Shown here in pieces: positions 26,951 through 36,671 of a DNA stretch of 56,397 nt. The DNA is from Actinomycetota bacterium. GTDB taxonomy: Bacteria; Actinomycetota; Actinomycetes; S36-B12. Each line of letters starts with the position of its first letter. Position 1 is the stretch's first letter. The notes under the pieces were generated by a model. The model was not told where the DNA came from and made no database searches. It saw only the letters and a list, made by a program, of their open reading frames with translations. The translations under genes were made by a program, and so were the position numbers. Location of the stretch: NCBI GenBank assembly GCA_947449945.1, contig CANFTO010000001.1, positions 1 through 56,397 on the forward strand, written 5' to 3'.

Positions 26951-27897
26951 GAGCTGTAGGCGTAACTGAGTTTGGCGGACCGGAAAAACTTCACGTTGTG
27001 GAAGTGCCAACACCAGAGCCAGCCGCTGGGCAAGTACGAATCAAGGTGCACGCCGTCGCTGTAAATCCCACCGACACGTTGTTTCGGGAGGGTGCCATGG
27101 CGGCGCGAGCACAGATTCAAGAACCCCCATTTATTCCCGGTATGGATGCGGCTGGAGTGATTGACGCTGTTGGTCCAGAAAATGATGAACGCTTGAAAGT
27201 CGGCGATCGGGTTGTTGCGATGGTGTTGCCAAGCAGTGAATTCGGTGGTGCATATGCAGAACAAATTGTGCTGCCAGCAACTTCAGTTGTGCATTCTCCA
27301 AAGTCTGCTGATCTTGAAGCAGCTTCAACTCTCATTATGAACGCGATGACCGCGCGGTTGGCGCTTGATGCACTCGCGTTGACTCCTGGAAGCACTCTTG
27401 CAGTCACAGGAGCAGCCGGTGCGTACGGAGCATATGTTGTGCAGCTTGCACTTGCCGAAGGCTTGAAGGTGATTGCGGACGCGGCACCGTCAGATATCGA
27501 GTTCGTGCGCTCACTTGGAGACGTGCAGGTTGTTCCACGCGGAGATGATGTGGCTGCCCATATCCTCGAGAGGTACCCAGATGGAGTCGACGGTTTTGCG
27601 GATGGATCAATCCAAGATGATTTAGTTGTTCCTGCGATCAAAGATGGAGGAGCATTAGCAGTTGTCCGCGGATGGAATGGCGATCCTGGCCGCGGAATTA
27701 CTGTGCATCGCATTGCCGTTCCCAAAGCTGCACACGACACTGCCGGTATGCAACGCGTGGTGGATCAGGTGGATCAAGGCGTTCTCACGTTGCGAGTCGC
27801 AGATGTGTTGCCAGCCGATCAGGCACAAATCGCACATATTCGCTTGCAGGCAGGTGGAGTGCGCGGACGCATTGTTCTGGATTTCATAAATTTTTAG
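26947..27897 (+). CDS. NADPH:quinone oxidoreductase-like MDR family protein
   Basis: MRAVGVTEFGGPEKL...VRIKVHAVAVNPTD and GAAGAYGAYVVQLA motifs. ATGA overlap with the upstream gene. I trimmed the start from 26881. Confidence 0.85.
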   Translation: MRAVGVTEFGGPEKLHVVEVPTPEPAAGQVRIKVHAVAVNPTDTLFREGAMAARAQIQEPPFIPGMDAAGVIDAVGPENDERLKVGDRVVAMVLPSSEFGGAYAEQIVLPATSVVHSPKSADLEAASTLIMNAMTARLALDALALTPGSTLAVTGAAGAYGAYVVQLALAEGLKVIADAAPSDIEFVRSLGDVQVVPRGDDVAAHILERYPDGVDGFADGSIQDDLVVPAIKDGGALAVVRGWNGDPGRGITVHRIAVPKAAHDTAGMQRVVDQVDQGVLTLRVADVLPADQAQIAHIRLQAGGVRGRIVLDFINF

Positions 27898-27927
27898 GCA
27901 AGTCACTTTCGTTTGATTGGGTTGAGT

Positions 27928-28641
27928 ATGGGTCGAGTTGAGGGAAAAGTTGCCATCGTTACTGGTGGGGCGATGGGTATCGGTGCTGCGCACTGCCGTG
28001 AGTTGGCAACACAGGGCGCTCAGGTAGTGGTGTGCGATATTGCAGACGACCAGGGAGCAGCACTTGCGGCCGAAATTGGAGCGTCATATCGACACCTAGA
28101 TGTATCGAACGAAAATGAATGGGCGACGGTCGTCGCTGACACGGTGCAGACACTTGGAAACATCGACATTCTTATTAACAACGCGGGGGTGGCTGCACTC
28201 ACGCCAATCGCCACCGCGAACACCTCTGATTGGGATCGTGTTATTGCCGTGAATCTCACTGGCACCTTCTTCGGTATGCGTGCAGTGGCTGCATCAATGA
28301 AAGAAGCCGGTGGCGGTGTCATCGTGAACACTTCGTCAGTTGCCGGCTTGGTTGGAACCCCAGGAATTAGCGCCTATGTTGCAAGTAAATGGGGAGTGCG
28401 AGGCATGACCAAATCCGCAGCCATGGATCTTGGCCCCGACAACATTCGCGTATTCTCAATTCATCCCGGGGCAATTGACACTCCAATGAGCCCAGCTGGA
28501 GATCGCAAGCCTGGAGGGCAGATCATTCCTCGCTGGGGTCATGCAGATGAAGTGGCAAAGATGATGCTGTTTCTTGTCACCGACGCGACGTTTTCAACTG
28601 GCACAGAATTCGTCATTGATGGTGGGTTTACCGCACGTTAA
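27928..28641 (+). CDS. SDR family oxidoreductase (classical; 3alpha/20beta-HSD-like)
   Basis: GKVAIVTGGAMGIG, NNAG and YVASK motifs. Confidence 0.9.
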   Translation: MGRVEGKVAIVTGGAMGIGAAHCRELATQGAQVVVCDIADDQGAALAAEIGASYRHLDVSNENEWATVVADTVQTLGNIDILINNAGVAALTPIATANTSDWDRVIAVNLTGTFFGMRAVAASMKEAGGGVIVNTSSVAGLVGTPGISAYVASKWGVRGMTKSAAMDLGPDNIRVFSIHPGAIDTPMSPAGDRKPGGQIIPRWGHADEVAKMMLFLVTDATFSTGTEFVIDGGFTAR

Positions 28642-28688
28642 GAGTGTCGGTCACGCTTGAAAGAGCGCTAGGTTCATAGTGTGAAGGC

Positions 28689-30308
28689 ATGTCGATTCGC
28701 ATGCCATCTCGCCCAATTGTCGCTGCAGCAGCTTTAGCTATTTCTCTAGCAGGCCTGGCTGTTCCAAGTTTCGCCGCAACGGGCGATGACACTTCTTTCG
28801 CACTCGCTGCTGGATCGTCACCTTTTGGGTCAGTGTTGGCGCCAGATAACAACATATGGGTCACAACCGGCGCTGCGAACTCAATCGCCAAGATTGACGC
28901 CAAAGGCGTGGTGACCAACTACCCAGTGCCTACTGCTGCATCCAACCCGCGCTTCATTACCGTGGGTTCGGACCGCAATCTTTGGTTTACCGAGCAGGCG
29001 GGTAACAAGATTGGCCGCATCACCACGGCAGGCGTGATTACTGAATTTGCAGTGCCGACTGCGGCTTCGGAACCAGTAGTCATCGCTCCCGGTCCAGATG
29101 GAAATCTTTGGTTCACTGAGCAGGCGGGTAACAAGATTGGCCGCATCACCACGGCAGGTGTCGTAACTGAATTTGTCATTCCTACAGCAGCGTCGGCGCC
29201 ATATGCGATTGTCGCTGGCCCAACAGGCAGCAATGACATGTATTTCACGGAATCTGCTGGCGACAAGATCGGCAAGATCTCATCTTCAGGAGCGATTACC
29301 GAAATCCCGTTAGCGACTGGCTCCAAGCCGGCAGGCATCACAACTGTTGCATCGACGCTATGGATTGCGGAGTTCGGTACGAACAAGGTTGCTCAGCTTC
29401 AAGGCAACACCGTGTTGGAAATCAGCATGGCTGCAGGCACCACGCCAATCTGGGTTACTCAGGGCCCGGGACCAACGATGTGGGTATCGCTTTTTGGAAC
29501 GTCACAAATTGCAGTGCTGTCAGCAGCGGGGGCACTTCAAGCAACCTATGCGTTGGAAACTGGCGCGAAGCCTGCTGTTTCAGCACAGGGCTCTGACGGA
29601 AACATGTGGGTTGCCGAAAATGGAACAGGAAAGGTTGGTCGCGTTCTTTCTGGGCAAACGCCAATCGTTGCCACACCTCCAGCCGTTACCCCGACTACGG
29701 CCACCGTTGGAGCAACGCTTACGGCTTCATCAGGTGTGTGGGCGTACGAACCGACCGCATATGTGTACTCATGGCAGAGCTGCACAACTAATGCGACAAC
29801 GAACTGCACTGCCATTGCCAATGCCATTTCAGCCACCTATGTAGTCGCCGGGACTGACTCAGGCAAGTTCATCGGAGCCAAGGTTGCCGCCACAAACCTG
29901 AATGGAACTGTTGCAGCGGTGGCAACCAACCTCGTGCAGATCGGTGGAAGTGCAACCCCATCACCTACACCAACACCAACGCCAACCTCGACATCAGCAG
30001 CAAAGCCGGTTGCAACCTTCATAACGGTGAATGCAGCTCCAAAGGTCAGCCGCGGTAAGACAACTGTGATCACGCTTTCGCTGAGCCCAAATACGGCTGC
30101 AGGCTTGGTCAACATCACTTACAAGAGCGGTTCAACGAAGGCTGTAGTGAAGGCACTCAAGCCAAATAATGGTTTGCTCACAACAACGTGGACACCACCT
30201 GCAAACTGGCCGCTGGGCAAAACCCGAGTAACTGCAAGGTTCTTCCCGACAATACCAACTGCAAACTTGCGTGGTAGTGGATACGACATCATCAAGGTGC
30301 GTAAGTAG
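28689..30308 (+). CDS. secreted Vgb-like (streptogramin-lyase-like, COG4257) beta-propeller protein with PT linker and C-terminal Ig-like region
   Basis: Signal peptide. Repeated about 42-aa blades of the form NLWFTEQAGNKIGRITTAGV.TEF..PTAAS. TPSPTPTPTPTSTS linker. Confidence 0.65.
   Translation: MSIRMPSRPIVAAAALAISLAGLAVPSFAATGDDTSFALAAGSSPFGSVLAPDNNIWVTTGAANSIAKIDAKGVVTNYPVPTAASNPRFITVGSDRNLWFTEQAGNKIGRITTAGVITEFAVPTAASEPVVIAPGPDGNLWFTEQAGNKIGRITTAGVVTEFVIPTAASAPYAIVAGPTGSNDMYFTESAGDKIGKISSSGAITEIPLATGSKPAGITTVASTLWIAEFGTNKVAQLQGNTVLEISMAAGTTPIWVTQGPGPTMWVSLFGTSQIAVLSAAGALQATYALETGAKPAVSAQGSDGNMWVAENGTGKVGRVLSGQTPIVATPPAVTPTTATVGATLTASSGVWAYEPTAYVYSWQSCTTNATTNCTAIANAISATYVVAGTDSGKFIGAKVAATNLNGTVAAVATNLVQIGGSATPSPTPTPTPTSTSAAKPVATFITVNAAPKVSRGKTTVITLSLSPNTAAGLVNITYKSGSTKAVVKALKPNNGLLTTTWTPPANWPLGKTRVTARFFPTIPTANLRGSGYDIIKVRK
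28977..29175 (+). repeat. intragenic tandem duplication, 126-bp period
   Basis: A 41-nt exact match (28992..29032 = 29118..29158), with flanking near-identity, encodes two adjacent propeller blades. Confidence 0.8.
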
Positions 30309-30355
30309 TTCGTACGTTTGTGGTGTTTTTAAATGTCGCTGACGTGCTTGGTGAG

Positions 30356-31024
30356 TTACGAGTACGTCAGCAATTCAACAGGAACACGTGAGCGTAGTTC
30401 GTCCACGCTCATTGAAAATGTTTCGCGCACGTACACCGCATCATTTTCAAGAATGAATGTTGCAACGTCGGTATAAATACGACTTACACAACCAAGCCCC
30501 GTGAGTGGGTACGTGCATTCTGTCACGAGCTTTGATGAGCCATCCTTTGCGAATAAGGTCATCATTGTGTAGACATCCTTGGCGCCAACTGCCAAATCCA
30601 TCGCTCCACCGACCGCGGGAATGGAATCATCTCCACCCGTGCTCCAGTTTGCTAGGTCGCCTTGAGCTGACACCTGGAAAGCGCCCATAACGCATACATC
30701 GAGATGTCCGCCGCGCATCATCGCGAATGAATCCGCATGGTGAAAATATGCAGTGCCTGGAAGCTCGGTTACTGGAATCTTTCCAGCATTTATCAAGTCA
30801 AGATCAATGGCATCGCCAACGGCTTGAGGGCCCATGCCAAGCATGCCGTTTTCTGTGTGCAAAATAACGCCGCGTTCAGGAGTGAGGTAATCAGACACCT
30901 TCGTTGGTTGCCCAATTCCCAAGTTCACAAATGAATTTGCCGGGATGTCCTCGGCGACCAACTTTGCCATTGCATCGCGATTAAGAGGTGCGGCATCAAG
31001 ATGTTCAACTGTATGGAAACTCAT
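30356..31024 (-). CDS. 3-oxoacid (3-oxoadipate/acetoacetate) CoA-transferase subunit B
   Basis: 222 aa with a SENG-like TENGMLGMGP active-site glutamate motif. 4-nt overlap with subunit A. Confidence 0.85.
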   Translation of the reverse strand: MSFHTVEHLDAAPLNRDAMAKLVAEDIPANSFVNLGIGQPTKVSDYLTPERGVILHTENGMLGMGPQAVGDAIDLDLINAGKIPVTELPGTAYFHHADSFAMMRGGHLDVCVMGAFQVSAQGDLANWSTGGDDSIPAVGGAMDLAVGAKDVYTMMTLFAKDGSSKLVTECTYPLTGLGCVSRIYTDVATFILENDAVYVRETFSMSVDELRSRVPVELLTYS

Positions 31025-31710
31025 GCTTTTGCCTTTCCGTGAGTTGCATCTGCATCGACCTGCACGACAGTGTCAACATAAATACAAGGAGTCACGATGA
31101 TCTCTGGGTCAAGTGCTCCGGTGTCAACAATTTCGGATACTTGCACGATCGAAGCGTTGGCTGCCGCCGCCATGATCGGGCCGAAGTTACGAGCAGTCTT
31201 TCGATATACAAGGTTGCCCATGCCATCGGAGATGTGTGCTTTCACTAGTGCAAAATCACCGCGGATAGGGAGTTCAAGTACATACTCCTTGCCGTCAAAC
31301 ATGCGCGATTCCTTGCCAATAGCCAGTGGAGTTCCAGCTGAAGTGCGTGTGTAGAAACCAGCAATGCCAGCGCCGCCAGCGCGGATTCTTTCTGCCAGGG
31401 TTCCCTGTGGGACAACTTCCAATTCAATCTTCCCGGAACGGTAGAGATCATCAAAGATGTAACTGTCTACCTGGCGAGGGAAGGAGCAGATGATGCGTGA
31501 GACCAGGCCCGCACCCAAGAGTGCTGCGAGACCAACATCGCCGTTGCCCGCATTGTTATTGACCACAGTGAGATTGCCGGCACCATGACGACGCAGCGCG
31601 TCAATCAATTCAATAGGTTGACCGGCTGTGCCAAAGCCACCAATGAGTACCGTTGAGCCTTCAGTAATTGCAGAGACAGCCGCGTCAGCGCTCTGAGCAA
31701 TCTTCAACAT
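31021..31710 (-). CDS. 3-oxoacid CoA-transferase subunit A
   Basis: 229 aa with GSTVLIGGFG..G.P and GTLAERIRAGGAGI motifs. Confidence 0.85.
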   Translation of the reverse strand: MLKIAQSADAAVSAITEGSTVLIGGFGTAGQPIELIDALRRHGAGNLTVVNNNAGNGDVGLAALLGAGLVSRIICSFPRQVDSYIFDDLYRSGKIELEVVPQGTLAERIRAGGAGIAGFYTRTSAGTPLAIGKESRMFDGKEYVLELPIRGDFALVKAHISDGMGNLVYRKTARNFGPIMAAAANASIVQVSEIVDTGALDPEIIVTPCIYVDTVVQVDADATHGKAKA

Positions 31711-31727
31711 GTGATTCCTTCAGTGCG

Positions 31728-32912
31728 CTAGAGGGTAGTGTTTTCAAGTACGACAGCAAGGCCTTGGCCTACGCCGATACAAATAGCTGCGACTCCCCAT
31801 CGGTGGCCGCCAGCCCGCATGCTCTTAGCAAGAGTGCCAAGAATGCGTCCGCCGGAAGCGCCAAGCGGATGACCAAGTGCAATTGCACCACCGTGTTGGT
31901 TAACGATTGCTGGATCAATGCCCCACGCATCAAGACAGACAAGTGATTGCACTGCAAAGGCTTCATTAAGTTCAACGCTGCCAACATCTGACCAACTAAT
32001 ACCGGCGCGCTTCAGTGCTTTATTCGCAGCTTCAACTGGTGCGTAGCCAAAGCGCTGTGGAACAAGTGCTTCAACACCGCGACCAGCAATACGCGCAATA
32101 GGCTGCCTACCAATAGTGGCTGCTGCGGCTTCTGATCCAAGAAGTACGGCGGAAGCGCCGTCACTCAGTGGAGAAGCATTGCCGGCAGTAATTGTTCCAG
32201 GTGTGCGAAACGATGGCTTCAATTTTGCAAGGGATTCCACTGTTGTTGATGGCCGAATACTTTCATCACGTGCAAGGTCGGTTCCGTCAACTGATACGAC
32301 GAGGTCGTCATAGAATCCTGCATCCCACGCTGCATTTGCGCGTTGATGTGACAAAGCAGCAAATTCATCTTGACGTTCGCGGCTCACCCCGAATTCTTCT
32401 TGGAGCTGCTCGTTGCATTCGCCCAAGGATGCTGTCCATTCAGCTGGCATCTTTGAATTTACTAAGCGCCAGCCAAGCGTGGTGGAGTGCAAGGTTGCAT
32501 TTCCGGCAGGAAAGGTTGCTTCTGGTTTTTGCATGACCCACGGTGCGCGACTCATGGATTCAACGCCACCAGTAACGAGAATTTCGGCATCTCCAGTTTC
32601 AATTTGTCGCGATGCCATAAGTGCAGCATCAAGGCTTGAACCGCAGAGTCGATTCACCGTCGTACCTGCAACTGACATCGGCAATCCCGCAAGCAAGGCT
32701 GCCATGCGACCGACGTTGCGATTTTCTTCACCAGCGCCATTGGCATTACCAAAGACCACTTCTTGAATCTGTGCTGGATCAAGTTCTGGAGCGCGCGCTG
32801 CAATCGAAGCCACAACGGTGGCAGCGAGATCATCGGGGCGAACACTGGCTAAGGCACCACCAAAGCGGCCGAATGGCGTGCGCACTGCGTCGTAGATAAA
32901 AGCGGAGGTCAT
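31728..32912 (-). CDS. acetyl-CoA C-acyltransferase (PcaF/PaaJ-like 3-oxoadipyl-CoA thiolase)
   Basis: IYDAVRTPFGRFGG, NRLCGSSLDA (active Cys) and the C-terminal GGGQG-like CIGVGQG. I trimmed the start to ATG 32912. Confidence 0.9.
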   Translation of the reverse strand: MTSAFIYDAVRTPFGRFGGALASVRPDDLAATVVASIAARAPELDPAQIQEVVFGNANGAGEENRNVGRMAALLAGLPMSVAGTTVNRLCGSSLDAALMASRQIETGDAEILVTGGVESMSRAPWVMQKPEATFPAGNATLHSTTLGWRLVNSKMPAEWTASLGECNEQLQEEFGVSRERQDEFAALSHQRANAAWDAGFYDDLVVSVDGTDLARDESIRPSTTVESLAKLKPSFRTPGTITAGNASPLSDGASAVLLGSEAAAATIGRQPIARIAGRGVEALVPQRFGYAPVEAANKALKRAGISWSDVGSVELNEAFAVQSLVCLDAWGIDPAIVNQHGGAIALGHPLGASGGRILGTLAKSMRAGGHRWGVAAICIGVGQGLAVVLENTTL

Positions 32913-32967
32913 AGTGGTGAAGTCTCGTCTCGCAGCTGGAATTATTCGGTCAGGGGTCAATTACTTC

Positions 32968-32983
32968 GAGAATATTTATTCTC
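32968..32983. promoter_or_regulatory. candidate operator palindrome GAGAATA-TT-TATTCTC
   Basis: I read it in the 222-bp divergent region between the thiolase operon and the GntR gene. Confidence 0.35.
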
Positions 32984-33134
32984 CATTTAAATATCAATCT
33001 CGCGGGAGTCTTGTATTTTCTTGGCCCAGATGAAGGGGTGGGCGATTTTTTGAAGATTTCCCATTCGTTTGGAATCCTTTGCTAAAGTCGATTCTCGAGC
33101 AGGAATTCTAATTTTTCAGAATCAGGGGTACGCA

Positions 33135-33857
33135 GTGTCAAAACGTGGTGAATCGAAATCCCTATCGGCTGACGTGTATTCCAGAATTCGCGAAGAAATC
33201 TACAACGGCACCTTGGCGCCGGGCTCCCGTCTCCAACCTTCGGTCTTGGGCGAGCGCTACAACGCGAGCACCACAGTCATTCGTGAGGCGCTGGCCCTTC
33301 TGGCTGGTGAGCGGTTGGTGCAATCGCGTACTGGTCAGGGTTTCTTTATTCCAATGATTAATAAGGACGAGCTCGTCGATCTCACCACGGTGTTATGCCA
33401 TGTGGAGGGTTTGGCCCTACGGATGTCGATGGAGCGCGGTGGCTTGGAGTGGGAGTCTTCTCTGATTGCAGCGCATCACCGATTGGCCCGCACCCCGCGT
33501 CGCACGGAAAAGAACCCAGATCGCTATTCCCAGGATTGGTCGAATGCACATAAGGAATTCCACGCCACCTTGCTGGGCGCGTGTGATGTGCCGCTCCTAC
33601 TAGATATGTGTCAGCAACTCATGCTCGCGACTGAGCTGTACCGCGTATGGGTCAGCCCGCTGGTCACTCATAACAAGCGTGATTACGCCGGAGAACATGC
33701 GGCACTACTCGAGGCGGTCCTCGCCGGCGAAGCCGACAGGGCAGTTTCCCTCTTAAATGAACACGCGCGCACCACGGCAAATATGATTATTGAGAACTGG
33801 CCAGAAGATACGGAAGCCATGATCGCTGACGGCATTGCGAAGTACGGCGTCGAGTAA
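33135..33857 (+). CDS. GntR family transcriptional regulator (FadR/FCD subfamily)
   Basis: N-terminal wHTH (VYSRIREEIYNGTLAPGSRL...ERYNASTTVIREAL) plus an all-helical FCD-type C-domain. I chose GTG 33135, which follows AGGGG; the track start is 33069. Confidence 0.8.
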   Translation: MSKRGESKSLSADVYSRIREEIYNGTLAPGSRLQPSVLGERYNASTTVIREALALLAGERLVQSRTGQGFFIPMINKDELVDLTTVLCHVEGLALRMSMERGGLEWESSLIAAHHRLARTPRRTEKNPDRYSQDWSNAHKEFHATLLGACDVPLLLDMCQQLMLATELYRVWVSPLVTHNKRDYAGEHAALLEAVLAGEADRAVSLLNEHARTTANMIIENWPEDTEAMIADGIAKYGVE

Positions 33858-33984
33858 TTCCTACACCAGTTGCCCGTAAGTATTTTTTCGCAGCAAAATC
33901 GATATTTCCTTTGACAAGTAGAAACTCGATCCGACAAACTACTCACATAGGACGCGAGATCGCAGGAAATTCTGCGCTGGCACC

Positions 33985-34584
33985 ATGTCATTCATCCTTA
34001 GCCGAAAGGTCCTCATGGAAGACGCCTCTGCTGCATTAAAAGCCGAGCTTGAACCCTTCTTGAATAAGCCGGGAGCTCGTCAATTTACTGCGATTGAAAT
34101 TGAAAAGCAGTTCGTCTGGGATTACTGCTCGGCAGTTGAAGATGGCAATCCGGTGTATTGGGATGAAGAGGTTGCCAAGAAGTCGCGCTTTGGTCGACTC
34201 ATTGCTCCACCCAACACCTTGATGACCTTGAACCGGCCGGCGCATTGGTTGCCAAAGGACCAACAGGACAAGGCTGAGGAAGTAGCAGCAGCGCTACCTC
34301 CATCACCTCAAGCACAGGCCCGCGAGATTTTGGCAAATCATGGGTTCACAACGGTCACAGTGGTGAATCGCGAAGAGGAATATTTCGAGCCCTTTGGCCC
34401 AGGTGATGGTCGTCTAGCAATGGAAGATCGCTTCGTTGCTGTGAGTGACATCAAGACCACCAAGGTTGGTCCTGGCGTGTTTTTTACTTACGAAATTGAT
34501 TACTACACCGAGCGCGACAATCGACTTGTCGGTCGCGCACGTAACGTCACTTTGATTTACAACGGCAGCGGAGCAACAAAATGA
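33985..34584 (+). CDS. MaoC-like hydratase, N-terminal-type hot-dog subunit (FAS1-DH-like)
   Basis: I assigned this from the hot-dog-length protein, the GNPVYWDEE motif, and the 4-nt overlap with the downstream MaoC subunit. The alternative start ATG 34015 has a better SD. Confidence 0.65.
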   Translation: MSFILSRKVLMEDASAALKAELEPFLNKPGARQFTAIEIEKQFVWDYCSAVEDGNPVYWDEEVAKKSRFGRLIAPPNTLMTLNRPAHWLPKDQQDKAEEVAAALPPSPQAQAREILANHGFTTVTVVNREEEYFEPFGPGDGRLAMEDRFVAVSDIKTTKVGPGVFFTYEIDYYTERDNRLVGRARNVTLIYNGSGATK

Positions 34585-35012
34585 CCCACCATGCATCCAT
34601 TGACTTTGCATCAATCAACGAAGGCGACGCGCTCCCAAATCTCACCTTCGAGGTGAGTTACACGACCCTTGCTCAAGATGTTTCTGGAACGCGTGATTAC
34701 TACCCAATTCATCATGACCCAGAGTTTGCAAAAGCTGGTAACGCACGCAATATCTTCCTGAACACGATGTGGTACCAGGGCATGGTGAACCGATTCGTCT
34801 CGGAGTGGGCAGGGTATGAATCCTTCTTACGCAAACTCAGTGTTGACATGAAGTCACATGGTTGCCCGGGTGACACACTCACCGTTCGTGGAACCGTTTT
34901 GGCGACACGCACCGATGATCAGGGTCGCAAGCTCGTTGATCTTGATGTACGCATGGATAACCAGCTTCAGCCGGATGTGCTGTTGTCAAAGGTCACTGTA
35001 GAAATCCCGTAA
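34581..35012 (+). CDS. MaoC family dehydratase (C-terminal-type hot-dog subunit)
   Basis: DYYPIHHDPEFAK hydratase motif, 143 aa. Confidence 0.75.
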   Translation: MTHHASIDFASINEGDALPNLTFEVSYTTLAQDVSGTRDYYPIHHDPEFAKAGNARNIFLNTMWYQGMVNRFVSEWAGYESFLRKLSVDMKSHGCPGDTLTVRGTVLATRTDDQGRKLVDLDVRMDNQLQPDVLLSKVTVEIP

Positions 35013-35033
35013 GACAATTTGAATGGTGAAGTG

Positions 35034-36209
35034 ATGTCGAAGACTGGTCCAGCTCGTACTATTTTCGATCCAGAGCATGATGAATTTCGTGCGTTTGTTC
35101 GTGAGTTCCTTGAGCGCGAAGTAGCACCTCACCACGAGCGTTGGGAAGAGCAAGGCCGCGTCGATAAAGAGTTCTATGCGGTGGCTGCTGAAAAGGGCAT
35201 CGTCGGTTTCTGGGTTCCTCAAGAGTTCGGCGGCTTGGGCATTGAGGATTTCCGTTACAACGTGGTGATCCAAGAAGAACTGGGCAAGATGGCTTTCAGC
35301 GCTCCATCTATTCGTTTGTATAACGACATCATTGCTCCCTATCTCTTGAATCTCACCAATGACGAGCAAAAGCAGCGATGGTTGCCAGGCCAAGCAAAGG
35401 GCACTTTCACATTTTCACTGGGTCTATCTGAACCAGGTGCAGGAAGTGACCTTGCCGGTGCGCGTACGAGTGCAGTGCGAGATGGTGACGGCTGGATTGT
35501 TAACGGCTCAAAGATTTTCATCACCAATGGTTTGAACTCTGATGCAACTATCGTGTTTTGCAAGACCAATCCTGATGCGGGGCATCGAGGTTTCAGTCTG
35601 CTTGTTGTTGAAGATGGCATGGAAGGGTTCAAACGCGGCCGCAAATTGAAGAAGATCGGCATGGCAGGTCAAGACACTGCTGAACTCTTCTTCGAAGATG
35701 TGCGCGTTCCGGAAGCGAACCTGCTCGGCGAAGAAGGCCAAGGGTTCTACTACCTAATGATGAATTTGGGTGTTGAGCGATTAGCCATTGCACTTGCTGC
35801 CCTGTCACAAGCACGTCAGGTCTTTGACGACACCTTGGATTACGTAAAAACTCGTGAGGCCTTTAAGCAACCAATTGGAACCTTCCAAGCCAATAAGCAT
35901 GTGATGGCAACTTTTTCCACTGAGCTCGACATTGCTCAGGTGTATGTCGATTCATTGATCACCAAGGTGCTTGACGGGACACTGAGCGATATTGAAGCGT
36001 CAAAGGCGAAGTGGTGGGTGACTGAACTTGGTAAGCGTGTGATCGACGGCTGCCTACAACTTCATGGCGGTTACGGGTACATGCTCGAGTACCCAGTTGC
36101 TAAGGCGTACATCGATTATCGCTACATGACTATTGGTGGAGGTAGCACCGAGATCATGAAGGAAATGATCGGTAACGATCTTGGACTTGCGTGGCGTAAC
36201 CGTGGCTAA
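35034..36209 (+). CDS. acyl-CoA dehydrogenase
   Basis: LSEPGAGSDLA, FITNG and the C-terminal GGGSTEIMKEMI motifs. Confidence 0.9.
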   Translation: MSKTGPARTIFDPEHDEFRAFVREFLEREVAPHHERWEEQGRVDKEFYAVAAEKGIVGFWVPQEFGGLGIEDFRYNVVIQEELGKMAFSAPSIRLYNDIIAPYLLNLTNDEQKQRWLPGQAKGTFTFSLGLSEPGAGSDLAGARTSAVRDGDGWIVNGSKIFITNGLNSDATIVFCKTNPDAGHRGFSLLVVEDGMEGFKRGRKLKKIGMAGQDTAELFFEDVRVPEANLLGEEGQGFYYLMMNLGVERLAIALAALSQARQVFDDTLDYVKTREAFKQPIGTFQANKHVMATFSTELDIAQVYVDSLITKVLDGTLSDIEASKAKWWVTELGKRVIDGCLQLHGGYGYMLEYPVAKAYIDYRYMTIGGGSTEIMKEMIGNDLGLAWRNRG

Positions 36210-36645
36210 CTTCTCCGAGGTCATCACTGTTGAAGATCGTTTGGCGATTCTGGACATGTTTGCTCGTCAATCCCATTGCATCGATAGTGGGGATGCCGCT
36301 GGTTGGGCGGCCACGTATGCACTCGATGGATCGTTCCATTCGCCGACCTACAAGCTCACCGCCACTGGTCGACCAGCGCTCACTGAGTTCGCTGAGAATT
36401 CAAATTCAGGGGCACGATCACGAGGCGAGCAATTTCGACACCATGTTTCGGCAGTAATGCTCACCCCGAAAACCCCAACCGAAGTCACGTCGGTGAGTTA
36501 TCTCATGATTTTGGCAACCACACTGGATGGCACTCGGGTTGATCGAAGTGTGAGAATGTTCGACGAACTTAGAAAAGTCGAAGGGGAGTGGCTCGTGGCA
36601 TCGCGCACCGTGCTTCGCGACGATTCCGAACTGCAACCTAAGTAA
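36202..36645 (+). CDS. NTF2-like (SnoaL_4-type) protein
   Basis: VEDRLAILDMFARQSHCIDSGD is typical of SnoaL-like NTF2 proteins. I chose GTG 36202, which overlaps the ACAD stop; the track TTG start is at 36181. Confidence 0.6.
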   Translation: MANFSEVITVEDRLAILDMFARQSHCIDSGDAAGWAATYALDGSFHSPTYKLTATGRPALTEFAENSNSGARSRGEQFRHHVSAVMLTPKTPTEVTSVSYLMILATTLDGTRVDRSVRMFDELRKVEGEWLVASRTVLRDDSELQPK

Positions 36646-36671
36646 AATCTGACGTAAAGGGTGAGGCTGTA

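Noticed and set aside
27117-27740. 207-aa ORF antisense to the quinone-oxidoreductase gene.
   Set aside because: It is a low-complexity Ser/Ala/Pro/Thr-rich antisense shadow. The sense frame has clear MDR motifs.
30356-32912. Steroid ring-degradation IpdAB/FadA6 interpretation of the CoA-transferase and thiolase operon.
   Set aside because: The subunit sizes (229 and 222 aa) and motifs fit ScoAB/PcaIJ-type 3-oxoacid transferases better than the larger IpdA/IpdB. No Hsa, Ksh-reductase or FadD3-type genes were seen.
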